A stretch of DNA of 64,000 nt from Spirochaetales bacterium (lineage in GTDB: Bacteria > Spirochaetota > Spirochaetia > UBA9216): positions 364 through 64,363 of the forward strand of contig QKCC01000275.1 in NCBI GenBank assembly GCA_003245835.1, written 5' to 3'. Shown here piece by piece: positions 63,561-64,000 of the stretch. The position numbers and the translations under genes were made by a program. Position 1 is the stretch's first letter, and every line of letters begins with the position of its first letter. Below the pieces are notes generated by a model, which worked only from the letters and a program-made list of their open reading frames with translations, was not told the origin of the DNA and did no database searches.

Positions 63561-64000
63561 TTAATCCTGTTTAAGCAGTTTTTTTCCGTTGTATAAAAGC
63601 ACATCAGTCAGGGACACGGTTGCCTCAGCCTCTTTATTAACGCTCGAACCCGGGAAATTCAGAAGCACAATGACGGGTTTCTTCAACACCTCTTTCAGAG
63701 GGGCCGCCATCGGGTTATGAACATTATCTATAATCAGCACGGGATCCAGTTTACCGAGTTCCATAATCTTCCCGGCACTCAGCGGCTGCGGACCGAAGGT
63801 TCCTATTATATTGAATCCAAGCGCGGCAATGAGCGGTTCCTGGTGGAAATTGACGATCACGTCTTTGCCGTACAGTCCCGCTGCTTTCAGCTGCTCCCTG
63901 ATACTGTTCAATTGTTCTTCATACAGACTGATATTCTTCTGCGCCTTCTCTGCCGTTCCGATTTTTTCGGCGATCGAAAGAACAGATTTTGAAAGGACGC
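63561..64000 (-). CDS. Metal ABC transporter substrate-binding protein (ZnuA/TroA-like), C-terminal part; the 5' end lies beyond the window
   Basis: The frame stays open upstream of the track's TTG (63911) to position 64000. The pattern FHQEPLIAALGFNIIGTFGPQPLSAGKIMELGKL..VLIIDN resembles the C-lobe of cluster A-I binding proteins. Confidence 0.5.
   Translation of the reverse strand, partial: VLSKSVLSIAEKIGTAEKAQKNISLYEEQLNSIREQLKAAGLYGKDVIVNFHQEPLIAALGFNIIGTFGPQPLSAGKIMELGKLDPVLIIDNVHNPMAAPLKEVLKKPVIVLLNFPGSSVNKEAEATVSLTDVLLYNGKKLLKQD

Noticed and set aside
1-64000. CRISPR arrays, tRNA/rRNA genes, transposases, toxin-antitoxin pairs or defence islands.
   Set aside because: I found no regularly spaced direct repeats, no tRNA-like cloverleaf candidates in the few intergenic regions, and no recognisable transposase, nuclease or defence motifs. 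The window is essentially core genome.

Overview
This is a spirochaete-type chromosomal segment. I infer that from gene content and order only, since no database search was possible. Nearly the whole window is conserved housekeeping and motility DNA, and I found no rRNA, tRNA, CRISPR array, transposase or prophage signature.

From 51373 down to 5241, every gene lies on the minus strand in one 46-kb co-directional array:
- A reduced dcw cluster: mraZ-rsmH-ftsL-murF-mraY-ftsW-ftsQ-ftsA-ftsZ.
- xerD, a TPR lipoprotein, then dprA-topA-xerC-hslV-hslU.
- A contiguous flagellar super-operon: flgB-flgC-fliE-fliF-fliG-fliH-fliI-fliJ-flbB-fliK-flgD-flgE-flbD-motA-motB-fliL-fliM-fliY-fliO-fliP-fliQ-fliR-flhB-flhA-flhF-flhG.
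- A less ordinary tail: an acidic membrane protein, fliA (sigma-28), a FapA/DUF342 protein, a 110-aa charged protein, a membrane-anchored HTH protein, and a CheA-like kinase that stops exactly before the CheW-like P5 domain.

The left end holds a partial LysM-M23 peptidase (minus strand). It is divergent from an overlapping operon of a mini-S26 peptidase, a class B PBP with a PASTA domain, and a Maf glycosyltransferase.

The right third holds:
- A DUF1820 gene pair.
- A five-gene operon ending in DUF4912 plus a GH57 branching enzyme.
- cdd.
- A cheW / DegT-like / nadK / recN / hypothetical operon.
- An FmdB zinc-ribbon gene.
- A partial metal-binding ABC substrate-binding protein.

The most interesting items, none of them proven:
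- The fliA-linked tail module with the receptor-uncoupled CheA.
- Structured intra-operon spacers at fliH/fliI and fliY/fliO, the latter with GGA-loop hairpins.
- A Met/Gly-rich linker in FliY.
- A catalytically degenerate LytM protein whose signal anchor lies upstream of any ATG/GTG/TTG.
- A DegT-family protein lacking the PLP lysine.

All calls rest on motifs I recognise by eye, on position, and on hand translation.
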